A stretch of 32,000 bases of DNA from an uncultured Actinomycetes bacterium (GTDB lineage: Bacteria > Actinomycetota > Actinomycetes > S36-B12 > CAIYMF01): NCBI GenBank assembly GCA_963843975.1, contig CAWJMG010000003.1, positions 2,250,001-2,282,000 of the forward strand, in the 5' to 3' direction. A program made the translations under genes and the position numbers. The notes beneath the pieces are model-generated. The model ran no database searches. It was not told where the DNA came from and saw only the letters and a list, made by a program, of their open reading frames with translations. Numbering within the stretch: position 1 is the first letter of the stretch; each line of letters starts with the position of its first letter. Below, piece after piece: positions 9,740 through 16,916 of the stretch.

Positions 9740-9780
9740 AGTCGCGGACTGCCCGAGTTCCAGGATATGGACGGGATCCG

Positions 9781-9798
9781 GTGTGACGCCGGTCACAA
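9781..9798. promoter_or_regulatory. Rex operator (ROP)-like inverted repeat, distal site
   Basis: The minus-strand reading is TTGTGAC-CGGC-GTCACAC. The arms TGTGAC/GTCACA are a perfect 6+6 inverted repeat with a 4-nt spacer. By hand alignment 11 of 14 half-site positions match the ROP consensus. Its centre is 59 bp from the proximal site. Confidence 0.4.
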
Positions 9799-9803
9799 GT
9801 TCA

Positions 9804-9843
9804 GACCCCCGCGTGCAAGATGTTGATCTTGGTCGCGGGGGTC
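9804..9843 (-). terminator. GC-rich hairpin downstream of the desaturase gene (putative intrinsic terminator)
   Basis: GACCCCCGCG (9804-9813) pairs with CGCGGGGGTC (9834-9843) as a perfect 10-bp stem. The intervening 20 nt contains a further CAAGAT/ATCTTG pairing. The hairpin starts 14 nt after the desaturase stop at 9857. There is no clear U tract, which is common in high-GC actinobacteria. Confidence 0.5.
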
Positions 9844-9856
9844 CGACGGGGTGGGA

Positions 9857-10804
9857 TCAGATGCGGGCGGCGAGCCTGGCGGCCTTCTCGGCGCGCTTGT
9901 CCTCGAACTGCTGGGCGGCGGCGTCGAGCCCGGCCATGAACTGGGCGAGCTGGTCGCGGGCCTTCTCGCCCTCGGGACCGAAGTCGGTGCGGTCGAAGAC
10001 GTTCCATGCGCGCAGCACCGGCGAGAGCACCTCGTCGTGGTGGATGCGCAGGTCGTAGATGCCCGCGAGCGCGATCGCGACGGAGCGGCGGGTGAAGCCC
10101 TCGACCTCGTTGCCGGGCATCTGGAAGTTCTCGACGATGTCGAGCACGGCCTTCATCGAGGCGTCGGGGTTGAGGTCGAACGCCGCGCTCATGACGTTGC
10201 GGTACATCAGCATGTGCAGGTTCTCGTCGGCTGCGATGCGCTGCAGCAGCCGGTCGAGGCCCGGGTCCTGCGTGTGCTTGCCGGTGTTCCGGTGCGAGAT
10301 GCGGGTGGCGAGCTCCTGGAAGGAGACGTAGGCCATCGTGGTGAGCACATGACCCTCGGCGTACCCCGAGAAGCCACGACCCATGTGGTCCATGCGCTCG
10401 CGCTCGAGGGCCACGGGGTCGACCGATCGGGTGACGAGCAGGAAGTCGCGCATCGCGATCGCGTGGCGACCCTCCTCCGCCGTCCAACGGTGCACCCACT
10501 CGCCCCAGGCGCTGTCGCGGCCGACGGTGTCGGTGAGCGCGCGGTGGTAGCTGGGGAGGTTGTCCTCGGTGAGGAGGTTCACGACCAGCGCCGTGCGCGA
10601 GACGCCGTCGACGGGCGACTGGCTCGGGTCCCACGCGTCGCCGCCGTAGATGCCGTCGTAGTTCGTGCCCTCGGCCCAGGGGATGTACTCGTGCGGCATC
10701 CACTCCTTGGCCATGGACAGGTGCCGCTCGATCTCGCCGGCCACCACCGGGTCGAGCGCGCGCACGAGAGGAGCACTCGGGGCGAAGTCCTCGAGGGTGG
10801 TCAT
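9857..10804 (-). CDS. Acyl-ACP desaturase (soluble di-iron fatty acid desaturase, DesA1/DesA2-like)
   Basis: From track ORF 9857..10864. The start is trimmed to ATG at 10804, which has a GAGGAG Shine-Dalgarno 5 nt upstream. The di-iron ligand blocks are present (NLLTEDNLPSYH, WTAEEGRHAIAMRDF, FQELATRISHRNTG, IAADENLHMLMY). Confidence 0.85.
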   Translation of the reverse strand: MTTLEDFAPSAPLVRALDPVVAGEIERHLSMAKEWMPHEYIPWAEGTNYDGIYGGDAWDPSQSPVDGVSRTALVVNLLTEDNLPSYHRALTDTVGRDSAWGEWVHRWTAEEGRHAIAMRDFLLVTRSVDPVALERERMDHMGRGFSGYAEGHVLTTMAYVSFQELATRISHRNTGKHTQDPGLDRLLQRIAADENLHMLMYRNVMSAAFDLNPDASMKAVLDIVENFQMPGNEVEGFTRRSVAIALAGIYDLRIHHDEVLSPVLRAWNVFDRTDFGPEGEKARDQLAQFMAGLDAAAQQFEDKRAEKAARLAARI

Positions 10805-10949
10805 GGCTTCTCCTCTGGGTACGACGGACGGGCCGCGCGGGCGTGCAGGGTTCCGGTTACGCAACCGTAGGTAGGCAACGGTAGCCGCCTCCGGCGATAC
10901 CCGCGGGTAGCCCGTCCGCGACGCCGCGGGTGGTCGACGGCGGCACTAC

Positions 10950-10964
10950 TTAGGGTACCCTTAC
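10950..10964. promoter_or_regulatory. Iron-box-like palindrome abutting the bfd start codon
   Basis: The sequence is TTAGGGTACCCTTAC. Its first 14 nt are one mismatch from the perfect palindrome TTAGGGTACCCTAA. It is 13/15 identical to the repeat unit upstream of efeO (14109-14138) when both are read as reverse complements. It ends 4 nt before the bfd GTG and contains a TACCCT (TANNNT) hexamer. Confidence 0.4.
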
Positions 10965-10968
10965 TCCC

Positions 10969-11187
10969 GTGATCCTCTGTCACTGCGCCGTGGTCGACCA
11001 TCACGCGATCGACGCCGCCGTCGCCGAGGGTGCCTGCTCGTTGCGCGAGGTGCTCGTCCGCACCCGCGCCGGCCGCGACTGCGGGGGCTGCCTCCCCGCT
11101 GTGCGCCAGCAGACCGAGTCCGCCCTCTGCCGGGCCGGCACCCGCCGCCTGGCACCGTCATCGGAGGTCGTCCATGCAGCCGGTTAG
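10969..11187 (+). CDS. bfd: Bacterioferritin-associated ferredoxin (Bfd, [2Fe-2S])
   Basis: Track ORF of 72 aa with a GTG start. It has the Bfd cysteine pattern C-x-C ... C-x2-C (MILCHCAVV ... RDCGGCLP) and sits immediately upstream of, and overlapping, bfr. Confidence 0.85.
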   Translation: MILCHCAVVDHHAIDAAVAEGACSLREVLVRTRAGRDCGGCLPAVRQQTESALCRAGTRRLAPSSEVVHAAG

Positions 11188-11662
11188 CCCTCGCGTCGTC
11201 GAGCTCCTCAACGACGCCCTCACGCTCGAGCTCACCGTCACCAACGCCTATTTCCTGCACGCCCGGATGCTCGACGCCCAGGGCCTGCCGTTGCTCGGCA
11301 AGGTGTTCTACGACCTGTCGATCGGCGAGATGCGCGACGCCGACTCACTGATCCAGCGGATCCTGTTCTTCGACGCGCACCCCAACCTGCAGCGCCTCGG
11401 GCCGGTGGCCATCGGCCAGACCGCGGTGGAGATGCTCCGGCTCGGCCTCGAGGGCGAGAAGAAGGCCGTGGCGCAGTTCAACGCCGCCGCTGCCGAGCTC
11501 CGCGGGCTGGGCGACCACGGCACCGCGTCGATCTTCGACGAGATGGTGCGCGACGAGGAAGGCCACGCCGACTGGTTCGAGGCGCAGCTCGCGGCCATCG
11601 AGGCCGTGGGCGAGTCGGCCTACCTCGCCCGTCAGATCGACACCGGCAGCGCCCCCGCCTGA
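11174..11662 (+). CDS. bfr: Bacterioferritin
   Basis: This is the inner 162 aa of track ORF 11030..11662. The start is ATG at 11174 with GGAGG 6 nt upstream, and it overlaps the end of bfd by 14 nt. The sequence MQPVSPRVVELLNDALTLELTVTNAYFLHARM...SIGEMRDAD...DEEGHADWFEAQL aligns to Bfr. The Met heme ligand (M53) is present. Five of the six ferroxidase ligands are conserved. Confidence 0.92.
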   Translation: MQPVSPRVVELLNDALTLELTVTNAYFLHARMLDAQGLPLLGKVFYDLSIGEMRDADSLIQRILFFDAHPNLQRLGPVAIGQTAVEMLRLGLEGEKKAVAQFNAAAAELRGLGDHGTASIFDEMVRDEEGHADWFEAQLAAIEAVGESAYLARQIDTGSAPA

Positions 11663-11687
11663 CCCGGCCTCTGCGCGGAGGCGGGGG
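11652..11687. terminator. Hairpin between convergent bfr and efeB (candidate bidirectional terminator)
   Basis: CCCCCGCCT (11652-11660) is the exact reverse complement of AGGCGGGGG (11679-11687). This gives a 9-bp GC stem with an 18-nt loop. It overlaps the bfr stop codon and lies 10 nt from the efeB stop. Confidence 0.4.
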
Positions 11688-11696
11688 CTGCCTGCC

Positions 11697-12971
11697 TCAG
11701 GTGACGAGGGCGGCGGCCCAGTGGTCGCCGACCTCCACGCCGGGCGGCACCGCGAACACAGCCGATGCGACGTGCCGGATGTACTCGTTGAGCGCGTCCG
11801 ACCGCGAGAGCCGCTGCTGCACCGGGACGAACGACGTGCGCGGGTCGCGCATGTAGGCGAGGAAGAACAGGCCGGCGTCCAGACGACCGAGACCATCGGT
11901 GCCGTCGACGTACGAGTAGCCCCGCCGCAGCATCCGGGCGCCGCCGTTCTGCGTCGGGTGCGCGAGACGCACGTGCGACGTCGCGGGCATCACCGGCTGG
12001 CCGTCCGCACCCACCGCCGCGAAGTCCGGGACGTCGTGCTCGTCGGTGCCGGTGAGCGGCGCGCCCTCCCGCTTGTCGCGGCCGAACACCGCCTCCTGCT
12101 GGGCGAGCCCGACCCGGTCCCAGGTTTCGATCGTCATCGCCACGCGGCGCGCGACCAGGTAGCTGCCGCCGACCATCCAGTCAGCACCGTCGCCGGGCTG
12201 CACCCAGACGTGGTCGGCGAGGCCCGCGGCGTCCTCGGCGTCGACGTTCGACGTGCCGTCCTTGAACCCCATGAGGTTGCGCGGTGTCGTCTGGGCGGTC
12301 GAGGTGGACGACGTGCGCCCGAAACCGAGCTGCGACCACCGCACCCGCACGGTGCCGAACCCGATGCGCGCGAGGTTGCGCACGGCGTGGACCGCGACCT
12401 GCGGGTCGTCCGAGCAGGCCTGGATGCACAGGTCCCCCCCGCTGCGCGCGGGGTCGAGGTCGTCACCAGCGAAGGCCGGCAGGTCGGCTAGCGCGGAAGG
12501 CCGCCGGTCGGCGAGGCCGAAGCGGTCGCGGCCCTCGGCGTCGGTGAACAGGGTGGGCCCGACGCCGAAGGTGAGCGTGAGCCTCGCGGGCGACAGGCTG
12601 ATGGCCTCGCCGGTGTCGTCCGGCGGAGCCTCCGGGATGCCGTCGACGGCGCCGACCGGCCCGGCGTCGAGACCGCGGGTCATCCGGTCGGCGGCCTCGG
12701 TCCACGCGGCGAGCAGCGCGACGAGCTCCTCGCGCGACTCGGTGATCACGTCGAGCGCGACCATGTGCAGCCGGTCCTGCGCCACCGTCGTGATGCCTGC
12801 CTGGTGCGCCCCGCGGAAGGGGACGACGTCGTCCGCCGGCACGACGGGTGCTGCGGTGGACGCCGAGACGGCCCGTGCGGACGCGATGCCGGCGACGGCG
12901 CTGGCCGCGGCCAGGCCGCCGAGGATCCCGAGCGCCGAACGGCGGCTGATCCCCTCGGTCTGCGCGCTCAT
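11697..12971 (-). CDS. efeB: Dye-decolorizing (DyP-type) peroxidase / deferrochelatase EfeB, Tat-exported
   Basis: This is the C-terminal 424 aa of track ORF 11697..13457. The start is ATG at 12971, in an ATGA overlap with the efeO stop at 12968-12970. It has the twin-arginine signal MSAQTEGISRRSALGILGGLAAASA and the DyP core (GFKDGTSN, HVRLAHP, RRGYSY). Confidence 0.9.
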   Translation of the reverse strand: MSAQTEGISRRSALGILGGLAAASAVAGIASARAVSASTAAPVVPADDVVPFRGAHQAGITTVAQDRLHMVALDVITESREELVALLAAWTEAADRMTRGLDAGPVGAVDGIPEAPPDDTGEAISLSPARLTLTFGVGPTLFTDAEGRDRFGLADRRPSALADLPAFAGDDLDPARSGGDLCIQACSDDPQVAVHAVRNLARIGFGTVRVRWSQLGFGRTSSTSTAQTTPRNLMGFKDGTSNVDAEDAAGLADHVWVQPGDGADWMVGGSYLVARRVAMTIETWDRVGLAQQEAVFGRDKREGAPLTGTDEHDVPDFAAVGADGQPVMPATSHVRLAHPTQNGGARMLRRGYSYVDGTDGLGRLDAGLFFLAYMRDPRTSFVPVQQRLSRSDALNEYIRHVASAVFAVPPGVEVGDHWAAALVT

Positions 12972-14095
12972 CGGACGACCACCGCGGTCACGCGCGACAG
13001 CGGCTCGGCCAGGGCGTCGACCTTGTCTGCGAGGACGCGCACCTCTGCCTCCGTCAGGGTGTCGTATCCGACGAAGCCCGTGCCCTGCTTGTGCTTCGCG
13101 AGCTCGGCGAACAGTGCGTCGAACCGCGCGGCCAGCGTCGTGGCCAGCGCGGCGTCCTTCTGCTCGATCACCGGCTGGAGCGAGGTGAAGGCGCGGTGGG
13201 CACCCTCGACGTTCGCCTGGAAGTCGTAGAGGTCGGTGCGCGAGTAGCGCTCCTCCTCGCCCGTGACCTTGCCCGTCGCGACCTCCTCGAGCAGCGCAGC
13301 CGCGCCGTTGCCGAGCAAGGCCGGCGTGATCGACACCGTGGGGATGAGCCCGACGAGCTCCTCCGTGTCGGCGAGCAGCCGGTCGGCGTACGTCGCCATC
13401 CCCGTCGTGGTGCCGGCGACCCAGAGCGCCTTCTCGATGCGGTGCCAGCCCGTCCACTCGGTGCCGGGGTCGACGTCGTTCTCGCGTGCGTCGAGCCGCG
13501 GGTCGAGCTCGGCGAACGACTCGGCCACCGGCTCGATCCGCTCCCAGTGCAGACGGGCCTGCGGGTACAGCGCCTTCGCAGTCTCGACGTCGCCGTCCTT
13601 CACGGCCGCCACGAACTCGGCGGTGGCCGCGAGCAGCGCGGCCGACTCGGTGGCGACATACGACCGGTAGTCGTCGACGGCCGACGTGAGCGCGGGCGAG
13701 GTGGCCGCCGCGGCGGTGGCACCGGACGCCGTCACCGTGACGTCGGCGCGGATCGGGTCGGCGCTGTCGTCGGGCCGGCAGGCCACCACGACGCCGCCCT
13801 CGGCCACCTCGACGACGAGGTCACGTGTCACGCCGGGCCCGACGTTCTCGACCTCGGACAGGATCGTGCTGCCGCTGCCGTCGTACACGTACAGCTCGGT
13901 CGTGCCCGAGCCGGAGTTGGTGACGCTGAAGGTGACGACGCCGGCGGGCACGCTGGTCGGCGTGACGGCGCAGGCGCCGTCGGAGGAAGCGACGCTGACC
14001 CGAGCGGCGCCGACGGGAGCGGATGAGCAGGCGGACACGACGAGCGCGCCCGGGATGAGCGCGGCGACGAGCAGGGAGAACGGACGATGCCCCAC
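12968..14095 (-). CDS. efeO: Iron uptake system component EfeO (cupredoxin-like N-domain plus peptidase-M75/imelysin-like domain), predicted lipoprotein
   Basis: Track ORF of 375 aa with a GTG start. It has the lipobox LVVSACSS, an N-terminal cupredoxin-like beta domain (VTFSVTNSGSGTTELYV) and a C-terminal M75 domain with HWERIEP (HxxE). It is coupled to efeB. Confidence 0.85.
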   Translation of the reverse strand: MGHRPFSLLVAALIPGALVVSACSSAPVGAARVSVASSDGACAVTPTSVPAGVVTFSVTNSGSGTTELYVYDGSGSTILSEVENVGPGVTRDLVVEVAEGGVVVACRPDDSADPIRADVTVTASGATAAAATSPALTSAVDDYRSYVATESAALLAATAEFVAAVKDGDVETAKALYPQARLHWERIEPVAESFAELDPRLDARENDVDPGTEWTGWHRIEKALWVAGTTTGMATYADRLLADTEELVGLIPTVSITPALLGNGAAALLEEVATGKVTGEEERYSRTDLYDFQANVEGAHRAFTSLQPVIEQKDAALATTLAARFDALFAELAKHKQGTGFVGYDTLTEAEVRVLADKVDALAEPLSRVTAVVVR

Positions 14096-14108
14096 GAGAA
14101 CCCCAAAG

Positions 14109-14142
14109 TTAGGTGACCCTTACTTAGGTGACCCTAACTTAC
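14109..14142. promoter_or_regulatory. Tandem 15-bp direct repeat forming two overlapping IdeR/DtxR-type iron-box candidates upstream of efeO
   Basis: TTAGGTGACCCTTAC (14109-14123) is followed directly by TTAGGTGACCCTAAC (14124-14138) and then TTAC. The reverse complement of 14124-14142, GTAAGTTAGGGTCACCTAA, matches the Streptomyces DmdR1 box TTAGGTTAGGCTCACCTAA at 16/19. It matches the IdeR box TTAGGTTAGGCTAACCTAA at 15/19. The reverse complement of 14109-14127 matches the DmdR1 box at 15/19. All counts are by hand. The site lies 13 nt upstream of the efeO GTG. Confidence 0.5.
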
Positions 14143-14197
14143 TGGGGGAGGCTGCAGGCAAGCCCGTGCCGCGTGACCTGCCCGACATCGGGCGGGG

Positions 14198-14455
14198 CTA
14201 GATCGGGCGGGGGATGGTCAGGGCGGTGCGGAGGCGGTCGGGGTCGACGCGCCAGAAGTCGTGCTGGACGCCGTCCACGAGCGTGACCGGGATCTGCTCC
14301 CAGTACTGGTCGGCGAGCTCGGGGTCGTCGTAGATCGAGAGCTCGACGAACTCCTCGCCCATCTCGGCGCAGACCTGCTCGATCACCGCGCGCGCGGCCT
14401 CGCAGAGGTGGCAGTCGGGCTTGCCGACCAGGGTGACGCGAGGATCCGCGGACAT
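14198..14455 (-). CDS. Glutaredoxin-like small thioredoxin-fold protein (DUF836-type)
   Basis: Track ORF of 85 aa with a CxxC motif (KPDCHLCEAA) in a short thioredoxin-like fold. GGGGGAG lies 9 nt upstream of the ATG. From memory, a similar small gene (Rv0508) lies just upstream of hemA in M. tuberculosis. Confidence 0.8.
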   Translation of the reverse strand: MSADPRVTLVGKPDCHLCEAARAVIEQVCAEMGEEFVELSIYDDPELADQYWEQIPVTLVDGVQHDFWRVDPDRLRTALTIPRPI

Positions 14456-14480
14456 CGGTGGTTCTCCCCCGTGGAGGTGG

Positions 14481-15995
14481 TCAGGAACGGTCCTCGCGCA
14501 GGCGGCCCTTGGCCAGCTTGCCCGTCGAGGTGTGCGGCAGCGAGTCCACGATCGTGATCGTGGTCGGGCACTTGAAGCGCGCGAGCCGCTGCTCGCAGAG
14601 GTCGCGGACGTCGTCGGCCGTGATCCCGGTGCCGGCCAGCGGCACGACGTACGCGGCGACGGTCTCCCCCGTGTGCTCGTGGGGCAGCCCGATGACGGCG
14701 ACCTCGGCGACGGCGGGATGCGAGGCGATGACCGTCTCGACCTCGTACGGGTAGACGTTGAAGCCGGACACGATCACGAGGTCGCGGCGCCGGTCGACGA
14801 GGTGGAGGTCGCCGTCCTCGTCGGCGTACGCGACGTCTCCCGTCGCCCACCAGCCGTCGGAGTCTGGGCCGTCGGAGCCGTCCGGCCAGTAGCCGGAGAA
14901 CAGGTTGGCGCCGCGCACCCAGATCTCGCCGGTGTCCTCCGGGTCGGCCGTCTCGCCGGACTCGTCCACGAGCCGCACCTCGACGCCGGGCAGCGGCGCA
15001 CCCACGCACCCCGGCTTGGCACGTCGGCCGACCATGGTCGAGGAGACGACCGGTGACGCCTCGGTGAGGCCGTAGCCCTCCCACACGGGGTTTCCGGCGC
15101 GGACGGCGAACTCCTCGAACACCGCCGGCGCGAGCGGAGCCGCACCCGAGATCAGCGTGCGCACACCGGCGAGGCGCTGCTCGAGGTCGGGCAGCGAGGC
15201 CCAGGCCACGAAGACCGGCGGCGCCGCGGGGATGTTGGTGATGTCGTAGGCGTCGACGGTCTCGAGCGCGGCCACGGGCGAGAACTTGGGCACCAGCACC
15301 GACCGCGCACCCTGGGCGACAGCAAGCCCGAGCACGGCGTTGAGCGCGTAGACGTGGAACAGCGGCAGCACGAGCATCACCACGTCGTCGGCCTCGACGG
15401 GCGCCGGCTGGACGGCGCGCAGCTGGTCGATGTTGGCGAGGAGCGCGCGGTGGCTGAGCATCGCGCCCTTGCTGGGGCCGGACGAGCCCGACGTGAAGAG
15501 CAGGACGGCAAGGTCCTCGGCGTCTCCGCCGACCGGGGCGACGGCGTCCGCCCGGCTCCCGAGCCGCGACAGCGCGTCGAACGACGAGTCGCCGACGACC
15601 ACGACGTCGCACCCCTCCGGGGCTGCGCTGCCGGCGACGGCATCGGTGGTCTCGTCCGCGATGACGAGCCGGGCACCGGAACGCGCGAGGACGTCGGCCA
15701 CCTCGTGCTGGGTGTACGCCGTGTTGAGCGGCAGCGACACGAGGCCGGCGCGCAGGGTCGCGAAGTACGACGCGACGAACTCGATCCGGTTGCCGAGCAG
15801 CAGTGCCACGCGGTCGCCGCCCTGCAGCCCGTGGCGCAGGAAGCCCGCCGCGAGGTGGTCGACGGCGAGGTCGAGCTGCGCCCAGGTCGTCGAGAGGCCG
15901 GTCGGCGCGTCGAGGAAGGCGACCGCGTCAGGGCGCGCAGCGGCCGTCGCCCGCAGGAGGTCTGCGAGGTTCCGGAGGGTGGCGTCGCTGGTCAC
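14481..15995 (-). CDS. AMP-dependent synthetase/ligase (long-chain fatty-acid-CoA ligase, FadD-like)
   Basis: This is the C-terminal 504 aa of track ORF 14481..16430. It has the AMP-binding motif [15 protein letters not shown], then YGLTE, GWWATGD and the C-terminal [12 protein letters not shown] chose GTG at 15995 as the start ([15 protein letters not shown]...). ATG at 16037 is an in-frame alternative. Neither has a convincing Shine-Dalgarno sequence. Confidence 0.85.
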   Translation of the reverse strand: MTSDATLRNLADLLRATAAARPDAVAFLDAPTGLSTTWAQLDLAVDHLAAGFLRHGLQGGDRVALLLGNRIEFVASYFATLRAGLVSLPLNTAYTQHEVADVLARSGARLVIADETTDAVAGSAAPEGCDVVVVGDSSFDALSRLGSRADAVAPVGGDAEDLAVLLFTSGSSGPSKGAMLSHRALLANIDQLRAVQPAPVEADDVVMLVLPLFHVYALNAVLGLAVAQGARSVLVPKFSPVAALETVDAYDITNIPAAPPVFVAWASLPDLEQRLAGVRTLISGAAPLAPAVFEEFAVRAGNPVWEGYGLTEASPVVSSTMVGRRAKPGCVGAPLPGVEVRLVDESGETADPEDTGEIWVRGANLFSGYWPDGSDGPDSDGWWATGDVAYADEDGDLHLVDRRRDLVIVSGFNVYPYEVETVIASHPAVAEVAVIGLPHEHTGETVAAYVVPLAGTGITADDVRDLCEQRLARFKCPTTITIVDSLPHTSTGKLAKGRLREDRS

Positions 15996-16035
15996 ACCCC
16001 GATCGTGGCACAGGAACCTCGGTAGGCTCCCCGAC

Positions 16036-16908
16036 ATGAGCGGGACCACACCGACGGACATGCTGCGCGCCTCCCAGATGGCGGGTGAGGCATCGGCCGC
16101 CGCGGCGGACGTGTCGCCGACGACGTCGGTCGAGCCCGACCTCACCGGGGCGGCCTTCTTCGACGTCGACAACACCGTCATGCGGGGCGCCAGCATCTTC
16201 CATCTCGCGCGGGGCCTGGCGAAGCGCAAGTTCTTCACCGCCCGCGACGTCGGCGACTTCGCCGTCAAGCAGGCGAAGTTCGTCATCAACGGGTCCGAGG
16301 ACCTCGAGGACATGGCCGACGCCACCGAGGCCGCCCTCGCGTTCGTGAAGGGCAAGCGCGTCGAGGAGGTCGTCTCGCTCGGCGAGGAGATCTTCGACGA
16401 GCTGATGATGCGCAAGCTGTGGCCCGGCACGCTCGCCCTCGCACAGGGCCACCTGAACCGCGGTCAGCGGGTGTGGCTCGTCACGGCGACGCCGGTCGAG
16501 CTCGCCTCGATCATCGCCGCGCGCCTCGGCCTCACCGGCGCCCTCGGCACGGTGAGCGAGATCGAGGACGGCGTCTACACCGGGCGGCTCGTGGGCTCGG
16601 CGCTGCACGGCAAGGCGAAGGCGGACGCCGTCCGCGCCCTGGCCGAGCGCGAGGGCCTCGACCTCGTGCGCTGCACGGCGTACTCCGACAGCGCGAACGA
16701 CGTACCGATGCTGTCGGTCGTCGGCCGCGCGGTGGCGGTCAACCCCGACAGCGCGCTGCGCAAGCACGCCCGCGCCGTCGGCTGGGAGATCCACGACTAC
16801 CGCCGCACCCGCATGAACCAGCGCTACTACGTGCCGGCTGCGCTGGCGGCCGCGACCGGCCTCGGTGTCGGCGTGGGCCTCGGCATCGCGGCCGCGAAGA
16901 AGAAGTAG
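16036..16908 (+). CDS. HAD-IB family hydrolase (SerB-like phosphatase fold) with C-terminal membrane anchor
   Basis: This is the C-terminal 290 aa of track ORF 15430..16908. It has HAD motif I ([11 protein letters not shown]), motif II (VTATP) and motif IV ([10 protein letters not shown]). It ends in the hydrophobic tail [27 protein letters not shown]. The start at ATG 16036 is uncertain. Downstream in-frame ATGs in [18 protein letters not shown] are also possible. Confidence 0.8.
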   Translation: MSGTTPTDMLRASQMAGEASAAAADVSPTTSVEPDLTGAAFFDVDNTVMRGASIFHLARGLAKRKFFTARDVGDFAVKQAKFVINGSEDLEDMADATEAALAFVKGKRVEEVVSLGEEIFDELMMRKLWPGTLALAQGHLNRGQRVWLVTATPVELASIIAARLGLTGALGTVSEIEDGVYTGRLVGSALHGKAKADAVRALAEREGLDLVRCTAYSDSANDVPMLSVVGRAVAVNPDSALRKHARAVGWEIHDYRRTRMNQRYYVPAALAAATGLGVGVGLGIAAAKKK

Positions 16909-16916
16909 CCGGCGCC

